Counted from the stretch's first letter, positions 28,045 through 38,216 are shown. The stretch is 64,000 bases of DNA from Magnetococcales bacterium (GCA_015233935.1 JADFXB010000005.1:4070-68069), one strand, 5' to 3'. The notes: generated by a model not told the origin, from the letters alone. A program made the numbers and translations.

Positions 28045-29186
28045 CGGTTTTCCCACTGGCCGCCGTAGGTCTGGCGTATATAGTCCAAGGTGGGTTGAAA
28101 GCCCATGTTATAGAGAATGTGATCCCGTTCTGCCAAAGAGCGCAGGTCGGGTTCGTCGGTCACCCGTCGCCAGACGTTGGGGGGGATGGCTTTGGGAAAG
28201 TTCCAGGCGCATAACCAGCGTACCACGGATCGATTAAAGCTGTCGCAGATCAGGTCAGCGTCGGCCTTGACCACTTCGTTGCGCACTTGTTTGTGCACAT
28301 CCGCCTTGTATTGACCGCCGGAGGCATCGGTGGTCATGGATTGGGAGAGGACCACTTTGGCGATGGCCGAGTTCATGCGGTCCAGCAGAAGATCATAGGT
28401 CACCTGACCGCCACGGGAGGCTTCCAGCAGTTCCACCTGCATCCCTTCCGGCAGGATGATGCCGGAATCGGTTTGGATGGCCCGCATGGCTTGCAGGAGT
28501 TTGCGCTTTTCCTCTTCGGTGGCGTGGGCCGGGTAGGTGCCTTTGGCGGTGGGCATGCCAAACTTGTCCAGGTAGATCAACCATAATTTCAGGGAATTTC
28601 GTTTGAATTGAACGGGCCAGTAGAGCCAGTGGGCGAGGCCCATGCCGTAGGGGTCGTCGTCGTGATCCACCCCGTTACGAAAGTGCCAAAATTTTTGCGC
28701 GGGCATTTCCTGGCCGCTTTGGCCGCTGGTATCCAGGAGGATCAGGGTCCCCAGTTTATTGAAGCCGAAGCGGCGTTGGCGGCGAACTTTGATATCGTGG
28801 AGGATCACTTGGTTGTTTTGCCGGGACCACAGGCATTCGGCGATGGCGTAGCCGTAGAAGAGGCCGTAGAGCATGCGGTCGGTGATGCTGTCCCAGGATA
28901 GGCGGTTGAGGGTTTCGGTGAGAAAATCGGCGGCTTTGCGGCTTTCTTTGTCGTCGGCACCGGGGGTGACGCCCCATTCGGAGGAGGTGACGGCGAGACG
29001 GCGTTGTTGGAAGGTGGAGGCGACCTGGTCGTCCCGGAGAATTTCTTCGTAGCTGGCGTAATCGCCGCCTTTGCCGGAGAGAATGGGGTCTTGGGGGAGG
29101 AGGAGGTTGTTACGGGTGAAGGTGGATTGTCCCGTGGCGGGGGAGAGTTCTTGTTGCAGGATGGACCAGTCTTCCCGGATGGTCAT
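28029..29186 (-). CDS. DUF935 / phage Mu gp29-like portal protein homologue (orphan)
   Basis: [31 protein letters not shown]...ADFLTETL...[16 protein letters not shown] matches the DUF935 portal family as I remember it. It is 385 aa, and no other phage gene is adjacent. Confidence 0.65.
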   Translation of the reverse strand: MTIREDWSILQQELSPATGQSTFTRNNLLLPQDPILSGKGGDYASYEEILRDDQVASTFQQRRLAVTSSEWGVTPGADDKESRKAADFLTETLNRLSWDSITDRMLYGLFYGYAIAECLWSRQNNQVILHDIKVRRQRRFGFNKLGTLILLDTSGQSGQEMPAQKFWHFRNGVDHDDDPYGMGLAHWLYWPVQFKRNSLKLWLIYLDKFGMPTAKGTYPAHATEEEKRKLLQAMRAIQTDSGIILPEGMQVELLEASRGGQVTYDLLLDRMNSAIAKVVLSQSMTTDASGGQYKADVHKQVRNEVVKADADLICDSFNRSVVRWLCAWNFPKAIPPNVWRRVTDEPDLRSLAERDHILYNMGFQPTLDYIRQTYGGQWENRQSSS

Positions 29187-29343
29187 GGGGAGTGCTCCTT
29201 GAAGGGTTTTGGAAATTTTGGTCCTTTCATGTAGGGTAGGAAGGTGTTGGAAAACAAGTTGAAGGAGTTCTTGGGTCCCGTCACGGTGATGTTGTCAACA
29301 GGATTTGTAGTGTGGTAGACTCTTTACAAAGGAGAGAACTGAG

Positions 29344-29649
29344 ATGGCACACGTAATTCCGTTTGATACCCTGGCATTCGTCAAGAGACTCAAAGACGCT
29401 GGTGTTCCAGAGGTGCAGGCGGAGGCACATGCTGAAACCATGAAAATGGTTCAGGCATCCCAATTGGAAGAACTCGTCACCAGACGGGATCTCAAAGACA
29501 TGGAGGCCGCCACCAAAGCGGACATCCTGGACTTAAAACGTGACATCAAAGAGCTTGAGTACCGGATGACCATCAAGCTTGGAACGTTGATCGTTGCTGC
29601 CGTTGGATTGCTTTTTGCCGCACTGAGATATTTCCCGCCCACCCATTGA
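29344..29649 (+). CDS. DUF1640 (CCDC90-like) coiled-coil protein with C-terminal TM helix
   Basis: FDTLAFVKRLKDAGVPEVQAEAHAETM...ATKADILDLKRDIKELEYRM...LIVAAVGLLFAALRYF. Confidence 0.6.
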   Translation: MAHVIPFDTLAFVKRLKDAGVPEVQAEAHAETMKMVQASQLEELVTRRDLKDMEAATKADILDLKRDIKELEYRMTIKLGTLIVAAVGLLFAALRYFPPTH

Positions 29650-29686
29650 AGTCGCTCCCTGCTGGCCAGGATCATAAAGGACACGT

Positions 29687-30679
29687 ATGAAGGGACGCGG
29701 CTCCAATCAAGCTTTTCATCAACTAGGCCCCGATGAAATTCTCAACGCCATCGATAGCGTGGGATTTCTTTGTGACGGACGGTTACTGGCCCTCAACAGT
29801 TTTGAAAACCGTGTCTACCAGGTAGGAATGGAAGAGGGTGGTTTTCTGGTGGCCAAGTTTTACCGGGCTGGTCGTTGGAGTGATGAGGCCATCCTGGAAG
29901 AGCACCGCTTTACCCATGAACTGGCAGAAGCAGAGTTGCCCGCCATCGCCCCCATAGAGCGGGATGGCACCACACTGTTTCATGCCGGTCCCCATCGATT
30001 TGCCCTTTATCCCCGCCGGGGCGGGCGATGCCTGGACTTGGAAAGTCACGATCAATTGTTGCGCATGGGTCATTTTCTCGGACGCATGCATGGGGTGGCC
30101 GCCACCCGCACCTTTTTGCATCGTCCCACCCTGGATCCGGTGACCTTTGGTCGTGAGCCGGTGGATTATCTCCTGGAAAACCATGTGTTGCCTGGCCATT
30201 TGGAGGGGCAATATCAAAGCCTTGCCAACCAGTTGTTGCAGGCCATCACCGCCTGTTATCAGCGGGCGGGTTCATTTCCCCTGGTGCGGATCCATGGGGA
30301 TTGTCATCACGGCAATTTGTTGTGGAACGATGATGGCCCCCAGGTGTTGGACTTTGATGATGCCCGCATGGGGCCGGCGATTCAGGATTTATGGATGTGT
30401 CTGCCGGGCAATCGTCAGGAGCAGGCCAGCCGTCTGGATGACCTGTTGGAGGGGTATGAGGTATTTTATACCTTCAATGAGGGGGAAATGTATTTGATCG
30501 AAGCCCTGCGCACCTTGCGGGTGATGCATTATGCCGCCTGGATTGCCCAACGCTGGGAGGATCCCGCCTTTCCCCGTGCCTTTCCCTGGTTCCAGGGGGA
30601 TCGCTACTGGGAGGGCCATCTGCACACCTTGAAAGAGCAGTTGCGGGCCATGGAACATGCCTTGACCATCATTCATTGA
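29687..30679 (+). CDS. srkA: Stress-response Ser/Thr kinase SrkA (YihE/RdoA family)
   Basis: LALNSFENRVYQVGMEEGGFLVAKFYRAGRWS, catalytic loop HGDCHHGNLLW and metal-binding DFDD. Confidence 0.85.
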   Translation: MKGRGSNQAFHQLGPDEILNAIDSVGFLCDGRLLALNSFENRVYQVGMEEGGFLVAKFYRAGRWSDEAILEEHRFTHELAEAELPAIAPIERDGTTLFHAGPHRFALYPRRGGRCLDLESHDQLLRMGHFLGRMHGVAATRTFLHRPTLDPVTFGREPVDYLLENHVLPGHLEGQYQSLANQLLQAITACYQRAGSFPLVRIHGDCHHGNLLWNDDGPQVLDFDDARMGPAIQDLWMCLPGNRQEQASRLDDLLEGYEVFYTFNEGEMYLIEALRTLRVMHYAAWIAQRWEDPAFPRAFPWFQGDRYWEGHLHTLKEQLRAMEHALTIIH

Positions 30680-30691
30680 GGAGGGCTTCCC

Positions 30692-31243
30692 GTGTTGATT
30701 GGAAACAAAGTTTTGTTGCGGGCCATGGACCGGGTAGATGCCCCCTTGTTGATGCAGTACCTCAACGATCCCCTGTTGCGGGAGATGCAATGCAATCCCA
30801 TGCTCCCCACCACCTTTGGCATGGTGGAACGCACCATTGCCCAGAGTGGCACCCTGGTCAATCAGATTGATTTCACCATTGTGGACCGGGTGGATAACCA
30901 GGTGGTGGGTTTTGTCCACTTAACCGATCTGGACTGGATCTCCCGTAACGGTCAACTGGGCATCTTGATTGGCGACCCCGCCCGCCAGGGAAAGGGTTTG
31001 GGCAGTGAGGCCATGACCTTGCTGGTGGACTATGCCTTTTCCTCCCTGGCCCTGCACCGGGTGTGGTTGCGGGTGTTGGATCTCAACCAGCGTGCCTTGT
31101 CTTTGTATGATCGACTGGGTTTTCAGCGGGAGGGGGTTCTAAAGGGGCATGTGTTCCGACAAGGGGGGTTTCGTGATGTGATTCTTTTGGCCATTCTTCG
31201 TGGCCAACCTGTGCGGACCCTGCCAGTTGCAGACAAATTATAA
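30692..31243 (+). CDS. GNAT-family N-acetyltransferase (RimJ/RimL-like)
   Basis: Motif A QGKGLGSEAMTLLVDYAF. The start is GTG, 13 nt after srkA. Confidence 0.8.
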   Translation: MLIGNKVLLRAMDRVDAPLLMQYLNDPLLREMQCNPMLPTTFGMVERTIAQSGTLVNQIDFTIVDRVDNQVVGFVHLTDLDWISRNGQLGILIGDPARQGKGLGSEAMTLLVDYAFSSLALHRVWLRVLDLNQRALSLYDRLGFQREGVLKGHVFRQGGFRDVILLAILRGQPVRTLPVADKL

Positions 31244-31287
31244 TTTATTACATTGTTGCGCCAGACAAAAGGCTGTGGAAGAACAAG

Positions 31288-32430
31288 ATGGAAGAAGGCA
31301 ATCAACAATTTTGGATTCAGAAAATCGGTATTGGTGTGGGAGGTCCAGGGTGTTTGATGTCAGAAGATCCTGTGACATTTAACCCATTTATATTCTGGAA
31401 ATCAATCACAGGCTGGTTTGTAAAATTATTGATCCGGTTTGCAACCATCCTGTCGATTGGGCTTGCTGGGGTTGTTTTTGCGGTGGAGCCGGAGACAGTC
31501 AAGGTGGGATTGTTTCTGACAGATATCTATTCCATTAATTATTCTGATAATCATTATACGGCGCAATTTTGGATATGGTTTAATCACTCTCAGCCATCCT
31601 TTTCGTCCAAGTCAAGTATTGAAATTCCCAATGCCAGGCGGTTTCAAACCCTGAACACCATTCGAGAAGAGCGCAATGGGGTATTTTGGGATCAGGCAAA
31701 AATGGAAGCCACCATTGGGAATACCTGGAATTCTACCTACTATCCTTTTGATCGACAAATCATCAAATTGTCCATTGAGATGGCAGATGCCACTTCGGAT
31801 AAAATACGCTTGGAGCCAGACGTGACGGGGAGCAAAATCAGGCAAAATTTGACTATTCCCGGATGGCGTATTGAAAATGTTCGGATTTATTCGGACAACC
31901 AAGTCTATAATACTTCCTATGGTGATCCGGGCATGAATTCAGAAGGGCCATCATCCTATAGTCGAATTACTTTTGAGTTGGAAATAAAGCGGGAAGGTTG
32001 GAGGTTGCTGTTTAACGATTTTGTTGGTTTCTTCTTTGCTACCTCGGTGGCGTTTTTTTCACTTATGGTCAACTCAAGCCGGATCACCTTTGTCAAGGTG
32101 GTGCCAACCGTCAAGATGAGCATGTCAAACGGGTCTTTGTTTGCGGCAGTTGGCGCGGCGTATGTATTACAGTCGCGGCTGCCCTTGACAACAAATTTTA
32201 TCCTTGCCGATATTATTCAGCTTACGGCGTTTGTATCAACATTCTTGTCCATTGCTGAAACATTATTGGTTGAAGCAATACTGAATGTGGACGGCATACC
32301 CAACGCAGACGCAACGTTAAAATTGCGGCGAAGCAACCTTGCTTTAAAATTTAGTCGTCTGGTTCTCATTCTGGTGGGACTAATGTTGGCAGTAGATATC
32401 TTCGTGTTGCTTCAGGCCGTCCAATCTTGA
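31288..32430 (+). CDS. Prokaryotic pentameric ligand-gated ion channel (Cys-loop receptor superfamily, GLIC/ELIC-like)
   Basis: The hallmark loop YYPFDRQIIKL lies at nt 31741-31758. The N-terminal half is beta-rich and is followed by four hydrophobic helices. The post-M2 motif QSRLPLTTNFILADI fits the pattern (LP-x-t-x-y-x-x-x-D). Confidence 0.75.
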   Translation: MEEGNQQFWIQKIGIGVGGPGCLMSEDPVTFNPFIFWKSITGWFVKLLIRFATILSIGLAGVVFAVEPETVKVGLFLTDIYSINYSDNHYTAQFWIWFNHSQPSFSSKSSIEIPNARRFQTLNTIREERNGVFWDQAKMEATIGNTWNSTYYPFDRQIIKLSIEMADATSDKIRLEPDVTGSKIRQNLTIPGWRIENVRIYSDNQVYNTSYGDPGMNSEGPSSYSRITFELEIKREGWRLLFNDFVGFFFATSVAFFSLMVNSSRITFVKVVPTVKMSMSNGSLFAAVGAAYVLQSRLPLTTNFILADIIQLTAFVSTFLSIAETLLVEAILNVDGIPNADATLKLRRSNLALKFSRLVLILVGLMLAVDIFVLLQAVQS

Positions 32431-32600
32431 TCGATGATAAGGGGTTCAATAAATGGACAGTTTGATGGGTTTTGAAGACTTCCAGTTTGATGCCAATGAA
32501 CATGGTGCAGGGTAAAATATCGGGCCAAATGCGTCAACAAACACCGGGGAAGTACATTTCCCCGGTGTTTGAAACGAATATGCTTAGTATGCCACCAGAA

Positions 32601-32930
32601 TTATTGCACGGTGATGGTGTGCAGGGAACAAAGATCAAAACCCTCCCAGGAGGCTGCCGCGCCATTGGTATACACCACCCGCAGATCCCATACGCAGGTG
32701 GAGGCGTCACGTCCGAAATGAATTTTGACCGACTCCCCGCTGTCCAAGGTATCTTGTCCCAAAATATCATCCTCCCAATCGTCGCTATGATTAGGAGTAA
32801 TATAAACTTCATCGATCTCGTGCCCGGTACGGTTGATCAGGGTGAAATCCTGTGCTCCACCATAAGCGACGGATGAACCAACTAAGACAGATGAAAATAG
32901 TAAGGCACTAACAAATTGTTTCATGTTCAT
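32601..32930 (-). CDS. Small secreted protein of unknown function
   Basis: Signal peptide MNMKQFVSALLFSSVLVGSSVAYG; two Cys (C78, C101 of the precursor); 109 aa. Confidence 0.65.
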   Translation of the reverse strand: MNMKQFVSALLFSSVLVGSSVAYGGAQDFTLINRTGHEIDEVYITPNHSDDWEDDILGQDTLDSGESVKIHFGRDASTCVWDLRVVYTNGAAASWEGFDLCSLHTITVQ

Positions 32931-33001
32931 TAAACTTTCCTTTTCAGAGTAAATGGTTGCTTTTGAAGGAGGAACTATAAATTAATTCTTTAAAAAAATC
33001 A

Positions 33002-33024
33002 ATTCAAAAATTCAGCTTTTGAAT
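33002..33024 (-). terminator. Weak AT-only hairpin downstream of the CapD-like gene (possible terminator)
   Basis: ATTCAAAA (33002-33009) / TTTTGAAT (33017-33024). On the minus strand it is followed by a T-rich run. Confidence 0.3.
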
Positions 33025-33147
33025 CAATGTAAATACCTGATGATGGGAGAAGACCTGTTCAATAAGGATAACACTTCTGGCAAAGTCGTGTTCCTCTCTC
33101 CTATGATCATCTTTGCCGGTTAAGTGGGGAGCAGATTGATTTCCATG

Positions 33148-35097
33148 TTAAAAAAGTGTCTTGCCGGAAGTCTCAACCTCGGAGGCCACATGAGTGGTAA
33201 CCGCAGTGATGGGATTATTGGTTTTGGCGGTTGAAAATTCTGGAACCAATATTTTTAGTTGATCCAATAATTGAGCAGTATTCCGGCCCTGTATAAATTT
33301 ATTCAGGAGGATGAGTTGTTCTTCTAACCATGTTTGATCCACCACCCGACTTTTGGCAAGCATTACTTTTGCGTGATTGGTATTTTGCAAGTCTTCATCT
33401 TCGTGAAACAGTTCTTCATAAAGCTTTTCACCGGGTCTTAGTCCAATATAGGTAATGGGAATATCAACATGGGGTTCCATGCCGGAAAGGCGGATCATTT
33501 GTTCTGCCAACTCTTTGATTTTGACTGGTTCACCCATATCCAGGACAAAGATTTCTCCCCCTTCGCCCATAGCACCGGCTTGCAGCACCAGGCCAACGGC
33601 TTCAGGGATGGTCATGAAATAGCGGGTGATATCGGGATGAGTAAGGGTTACTGGACCACCCTTGGCGATTTGTTGCCGAAACAGGGGAACCACCGAGCCT
33701 GCTGACGCCAATACATTGCCGAAACGTACCGTAATAAAACGGGTTTGGCTATGGGCATTCAGGTTTTGGCAATAAATTTCGGCAATGCGTTTGGAAGCTC
33801 CCATCACATTAGTGGGGCGCACGGCCTTGTCGGTGGAGATCATGACAAAACGTGAAGAGCCAAACTGGTGTGCCAAACGGGCCACGGTGATGGTTCCAAA
33901 CACATTATTACGCACCCCCTCAATGGGATTTTCTTCCACCATGGGAACGTGTTTATAGGCTGCGGCATGGATGACTACCTGTGGGTTGTGGGTAGCGAAG
34001 AGGTGAGAAACCAGTTCGGAATTTTTGACATCCCCTAGAACGGCATGAATGTTCAGTGAGCCAAACTCACGCCGCAACTCCATTTCGACTTGATATAAAT
34101 TATATTCGCTATGGTCGAGGATGATCAGCTTGCTGGGATGCTGGTGGGCGACTTGTCGGCAGGCTTCGGAGCCAATGGATCCACCCCCGCCAGTGACCAT
34201 GACAACTTGGCCAAAAAAGCAGTTGGTGATCATGGCTACATCCAGTTGAACAGAATGCCGACCCAGCAAGTCTTCCACGGTTACCTGGCGCAGACGGGAA
34301 ATGTTTACTTTGCCATCCACCAGTTCGCGCAAGGAGGGCAGGATGCGACATTCCACATGAAGTTTGGTGCAGACGCTCAGGACGTTTTGTACCAAGTGGC
34401 GACTGGGAGAGGCGATAGCCAAAAAAACGGTATCCACATGGTGGCTGGCCAGGGTTTTTTCCAAATCTTGGACGGTACCTAATACTCGAATACCATGTAT
34501 TTCTGTGCCCAGTTTACTGAAATTATCGTCCAGTAATCCAACAATGTGGTGGTCGGGGTTGCGGAGGGCATCGCGGATAATAATGTCGCCTCCGATTCCG
34601 GCACCAATCACCAAAACATTGTTTTTCTTTAGTTCTTGATCTGTTGGTTTAAAGTGATAATCTTTCAACCATCGATAGGTAAGCCGACTGCCACCCAATC
34701 CCATGATCAGCAGCAAGGGATATAGTAGAAGAGTGGATGAGGGAAAGGTATCAATACGCAGAATATAGACGTACACGCCTAATAGTAGCGTTCCCATCAA
34801 ACTGGCTTTAATAATGCGTATTAAATCTGGGATAGAGGCAAAACGCCAAAGACCACGGTAGAGTCTTTCCCTTATAAATAGAATAAATTGACTCGGCAAA
34901 AAAAACAATAATAGCAAGGGGGTAATGCCCTGCTCTGTGAAAGAGTCAAATAACCCTCCCCAGTCCGACTGGGGCAAAGAGGAATGCAAATTGCCATGGA
35001 GTTGACCCGCCCCCCACAGGGAGAGAAGCACCCAAACCATGTCGCTCATAAAAACGGCGGATCGTAACGCAACCCGTTTGATAGTTTTCTGTGGCAC
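33148..35097 (-). CDS. CapD/PglF/WbpM-type membrane-anchored UDP-sugar 4,6-dehydratase (polysaccharide biosynthesis protein)
   Basis: Four N-terminal TM segments and two Rossmann motifs (VLVIGAGIGG; VMVTGGGGSIGSE); 649 aa. Confidence 0.88.
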   Translation of the reverse strand: MPQKTIKRVALRSAVFMSDMVWVLLSLWGAGQLHGNLHSSLPQSDWGGLFDSFTEQGITPLLLLFFLPSQFILFIRERLYRGLWRFASIPDLIRIIKASLMGTLLLGVYVYILRIDTFPSSTLLLYPLLLIMGLGGSRLTYRWLKDYHFKPTDQELKKNNVLVIGAGIGGDIIIRDALRNPDHHIVGLLDDNFSKLGTEIHGIRVLGTVQDLEKTLASHHVDTVFLAIASPSRHLVQNVLSVCTKLHVECRILPSLRELVDGKVNISRLRQVTVEDLLGRHSVQLDVAMITNCFFGQVVMVTGGGGSIGSEACRQVAHQHPSKLIILDHSEYNLYQVEMELRREFGSLNIHAVLGDVKNSELVSHLFATHNPQVVIHAAAYKHVPMVEENPIEGVRNNVFGTITVARLAHQFGSSRFVMISTDKAVRPTNVMGASKRIAEIYCQNLNAHSQTRFITVRFGNVLASAGSVVPLFRQQIAKGGPVTLTHPDITRYFMTIPEAVGLVLQAGAMGEGGEIFVLDMGEPVKIKELAEQMIRLSGMEPHVDIPITYIGLRPGEKLYEELFHEDEDLQNTNHAKVMLAKSRVVDQTWLEEQLILLNKFIQGRNTAQLLDQLKILVPEFSTAKTNNPITAVTTHVASEVETSGKTLF

Positions 35098-35423
35098 TTG
35101 TTACACCTTTCTACTCCGAAATGGGATGGCCTATGGACCAAAGCCCCCTGGATCACAGCAGCAACTGTAAAACCCACCGACAATAGCACGAAAAGAAACG
35201 CGCTTCAACAAAGCAGGCTAAAATAAAACCAGCAATTTTTCTTCCGGAAGTCAGAAATAGAAGCAATTTTTATTTAAAAAAGCTGGATCGACGGTGTTGC
35301 AAGGGACGAGGAGCAAAAGAGAGGGTGAGCCTGCTAGGTTCCACGGGTTGATTTTTTAGCATCTTTTTGTTAGCTTGCAAGGTGGACTAGATGCAGGTCT
35401 TCACCTTTGAGCGAGGAGAAAAT

Positions 35424-36614
35424 ATGCTCTCTTTACACGAATACGAATCCAGGATCGACCGCCCCGTCATGATGAAAATTCCCGAATTTAACCGGGAAAA
35501 CAGACTCAAGCATATCCTTTTTTCTTCGCAAATGGACAAAATGATGATCGACATGCTGTGCAGAACGGCACTGAAGATCAAACATATTTCGTCTACCAAG
35601 CCAGGCTCGGATTATCTATTATCCCTGCTCTCCCACAAACGGGCCATGCTTTATTTTACCCAGGTTTCCACCCGTACTTTCATGTCCTTCATGGCGGCCA
35701 GCCAGATTTTGGGCATCAAGTGCAACGAAATTCGGGATCAAAACCTCTCATCCGAGTTTAAAGGGGAGTCTCCTCTGGACTCCATTCGCATGTTCAGCAG
35801 TTATTTTGATGTCATCATCATGCGCAGCAAAACCCCCAACTTTGCTGAAGCCTGCGCCTACCTGATGAACGATCTGGACCAGTTCAACCAACGTAGCGTC
35901 CCCATCATCAATGCCGGAGCGGGGGCTGATGAACATCCTACCCAGGCCTTGCTGGATATCTTCACCCTGCAACGCACCTTTGGTTTTACCTCCAAAAAAG
36001 ACTCTTCCAAATGGAATTATTATCGGGAGCTGAAGAAAAACCATCCCGATCTGACCAAAGGGTTGAACGACAAGGTTTATGGTTTTTGTGGCGATTTGCG
36101 GCGGGGGCGTACCGTTCGTTCCCTGGTCAACCTGCTCTCCCTCTACGAAAACATATCCGTTGCTTTCATCTCCCCGGATTCGGAAGATTTCCGCTTCCCG
36201 GAAGAGGAGATCAAACGGTTGGAACATCGGGGCGTGACCGTCTACGAATATTTCAGCCTGGATGAAGCCATCGACAAGGTGGACATGCTCTACATGACCC
36301 GCATCCAGAAAGAGTATGACAAGCCGGATCAATCCAAAAATTATGATGAACTCATCGGTGAGTTTATCCTTACTCCGGAACGGGCAGAACGCTTGAAGAC
36401 TTACTGTCCCATTCTCCACCCCTTTCCCCGTAACGAGGAGATCCCCTTCGAGATCGACTCCAATCCCCGTGCCATGTATTTTCGTCAGGCACGCAACGGT
36501 ATGTGGGTGCGGGCAGCTCTTATCGCCCACTTGTTCGATGTGGAAAGCCAGATTGCCAATTATTATCAGGACAAGTTCAGCGAATACCACAATTACAACA
36601 TGGAAGCGATTTAA
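35424..36614 (+). CDS. Long, divergent aspartate carbamoyltransferase-like protein
   Basis: ATCase-type motifs are VSTRTF (normally STRTR), IIMRS, EHPTQALLD, GDLRRGRTVRS, MTRIQKE and LHPFPR. At 396 aa it is much longer than a typical ATCase (about 310 aa). ATG 35424 has GAGGAG upstream. Confidence 0.75.
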   Translation: MLSLHEYESRIDRPVMMKIPEFNRENRLKHILFSSQMDKMMIDMLCRTALKIKHISSTKPGSDYLLSLLSHKRAMLYFTQVSTRTFMSFMAASQILGIKCNEIRDQNLSSEFKGESPLDSIRMFSSYFDVIIMRSKTPNFAEACAYLMNDLDQFNQRSVPIINAGAGADEHPTQALLDIFTLQRTFGFTSKKDSSKWNYYRELKKNHPDLTKGLNDKVYGFCGDLRRGRTVRSLVNLLSLYENISVAFISPDSEDFRFPEEEIKRLEHRGVTVYEYFSLDEAIDKVDMLYMTRIQKEYDKPDQSKNYDELIGEFILTPERAERLKTYCPILHPFPRNEEIPFEIDSNPRAMYFRQARNGMWVRAALIAHLFDVESQIANYYQDKFSEYHNYNMEAI

Positions 36615-36643
36615 CCTTCCAGACTTGGGCGGGATAAAAACAG

Positions 36644-36683
36644 AACGGCCCCAGGGAGTAATTCTCTGGGGCCGTTGTTTTTT
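36644..36683. terminator. Bidirectional rho-independent terminator between the ATCase-like gene and rpmE
   Basis: AACGGCCCCAG (36644-36654) / CTGGGGCCGTT (36666-36676), with an A-run before and a TGTTTTTT run after. Confidence 0.75.
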
Positions 36684-36688
36684 GCGGC

Positions 36689-36934
36689 TTAGCGGGCGGC
36701 TTTGGCCTTGGGAGCGGTTTTGGTCTGCTCGAAGGCGGCGTACTTTTTACGGAAACGATCCACACGACCCGCCGTGTCCACCAGTTTGTGTTTGCCGGTG
36801 AAGAAGGGATGGCAGGAGGAGCACACCCCCAAGGTGGAAGTACCACCAATGGTGGATTTGGTCTGGATCACATTACCGCAACCCACGCAGGTGAAGGTGG
36901 TGTCGGTGTAGTTGGGATGAATATCCTTTTTCAT
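36689..36934 (-). CDS. rpmE: 50S ribosomal protein L31 (Zn-ribbon type)
   Basis: [21 protein letters not shown]...[14 protein letters not shown] 36934 has GGAG upstream. Confidence 0.95.
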   Translation of the reverse strand: MKKDIHPNYTDTTFTCVGCGNVIQTKSTIGGTSTLGVCSSCHPFFTGKHKLVDTAGRVDRFRKKYAAFEQTKTAPKAKAAR

Positions 36935-36956
36935 GGTTAACAACTCCTCATGGCCA

Positions 36957-38216
36957 TCAGGTGTTCATGCTGGAGAAAAACTCCATATTATTCTTGGTGG
37001 ATTTCAACTTATCCTGCAAAAAGCTCATGGCGTCCAGGGTGCCCATGGGAAGCAGAACCCGACGCAAGACCCACAACTTGCTCAACTCTTCCCGGCTGGT
37101 GAGCAGCTCTTCCTTGCGGGTACCCGACTTGGCAATATCGATGGCCGGGAAGATGCGTTTTTCCACCAGACGGCGATCCAGGTGGATTTCCATGTTGCCG
37201 GTGCCCTTGAACTCCTCAAAAATCACCTCATCCATGCGGGAGCCGGTGTCCACCAGGGCGGTGGCAATGATGGTGAGGGAGCCACCCTCCTCGATATTAC
37301 GTGCCGCACCGAAAAACCGCTTGGGACGATGCAGGGCGTTGGCATCGATACCACCGGACAAGACACGTCCCGAAGATGGGGCGATGGTGTTATAGGCACG
37401 GGCCAGGCGGGTGATGGAGTCCAGAAGGATGACCACATCCCGCTTGTGTTCCACCAGCCGTTTGGCCTTCTCAATGACCATTTCCGCCACTTGCACATGC
37501 CGGGTGGCGGGTTCGTCGAAGGTGGAGGAGATGACCTCTCCTTTCACCGACCGCTGCATGTCGGTGACCTCTTCCGGTCGCTCGTCGATGAGAAGGACGA
37601 TAAGATAAACTTCTGGATGGTTTTTGGCAATGGCATGCCCGATGCTTTGCATCAACATGGTCTTACCGGTACGGGGCTGGGCGACAATGAGTCCCCGCTG
37701 ACCCTTACCAATGGGACAAACCAGATCGATCACCCGCAGGCCGAGGTCTACCGAATCCGCATCTTCGATTTCCATAGCCAGCCGTTGATGAGGATAAAGC
37801 GGGGTGAGGTTATCGAAGAGAATTTTATTCTTGGCCTTGAGAGGATGCTCAAAGTTGATGCTCTCAACCCGCAGGAGGGCGAAATAGCGTTCGTTCTCCT
37901 TGGGGGCGCGGATTTGCCCCTCGATGATATCCCCGGTACGCAGACCAAACCGACGAATTTGGGAGGGAGAGACGTAGATGTCGTCCGGGCCGGGCAGATA
38001 GTTCATATCCGGGGCGCGGAGAAAACCGAAGCCATCTTGCAGGATTTCCAGAACGCCATCACCGTAGATTTGACCGTTGGCATCCGATTCGGAGCGCAAC
38101 AAGGCATAGATCAAATCCTGGCGGCGCATCATGCCACCGGCTCCCTCGATCTTGCGATCGTTTGCCATGGCGGCAAGTTCAGGGACGGTCTTGGCTTTCA
38201 GGTCTTTCAGATTCAT
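36957..38216 (-). CDS. rho: Transcription termination factor Rho
   Basis: [18 protein letters not shown]..., then the RNA-binding domain, the Walker A motif PRTGKT and [15 protein letters not shown]. From ATG 38216 the product is 419 aa, the same length as E. coli Rho. Confidence 0.97.
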   Translation of the reverse strand: MNLKDLKAKTVPELAAMANDRKIEGAGGMMRRQDLIYALLRSESDANGQIYGDGVLEILQDGFGFLRAPDMNYLPGPDDIYVSPSQIRRFGLRTGDIIEGQIRAPKENERYFALLRVESINFEHPLKAKNKILFDNLTPLYPHQRLAMEIEDADSVDLGLRVIDLVCPIGKGQRGLIVAQPRTGKTMLMQSIGHAIAKNHPEVYLIVLLIDERPEEVTDMQRSVKGEVISSTFDEPATRHVQVAEMVIEKAKRLVEHKRDVVILLDSITRLARAYNTIAPSSGRVLSGGIDANALHRPKRFFGAARNIEEGGSLTIIATALVDTGSRMDEVIFEEFKGTGNMEIHLDRRLVEKRIFPAIDIAKSGTRKEELLTSREELSKLWVLRRVLLPMGTLDAMSFLQDKLKSTKNNMEFFSSMNT

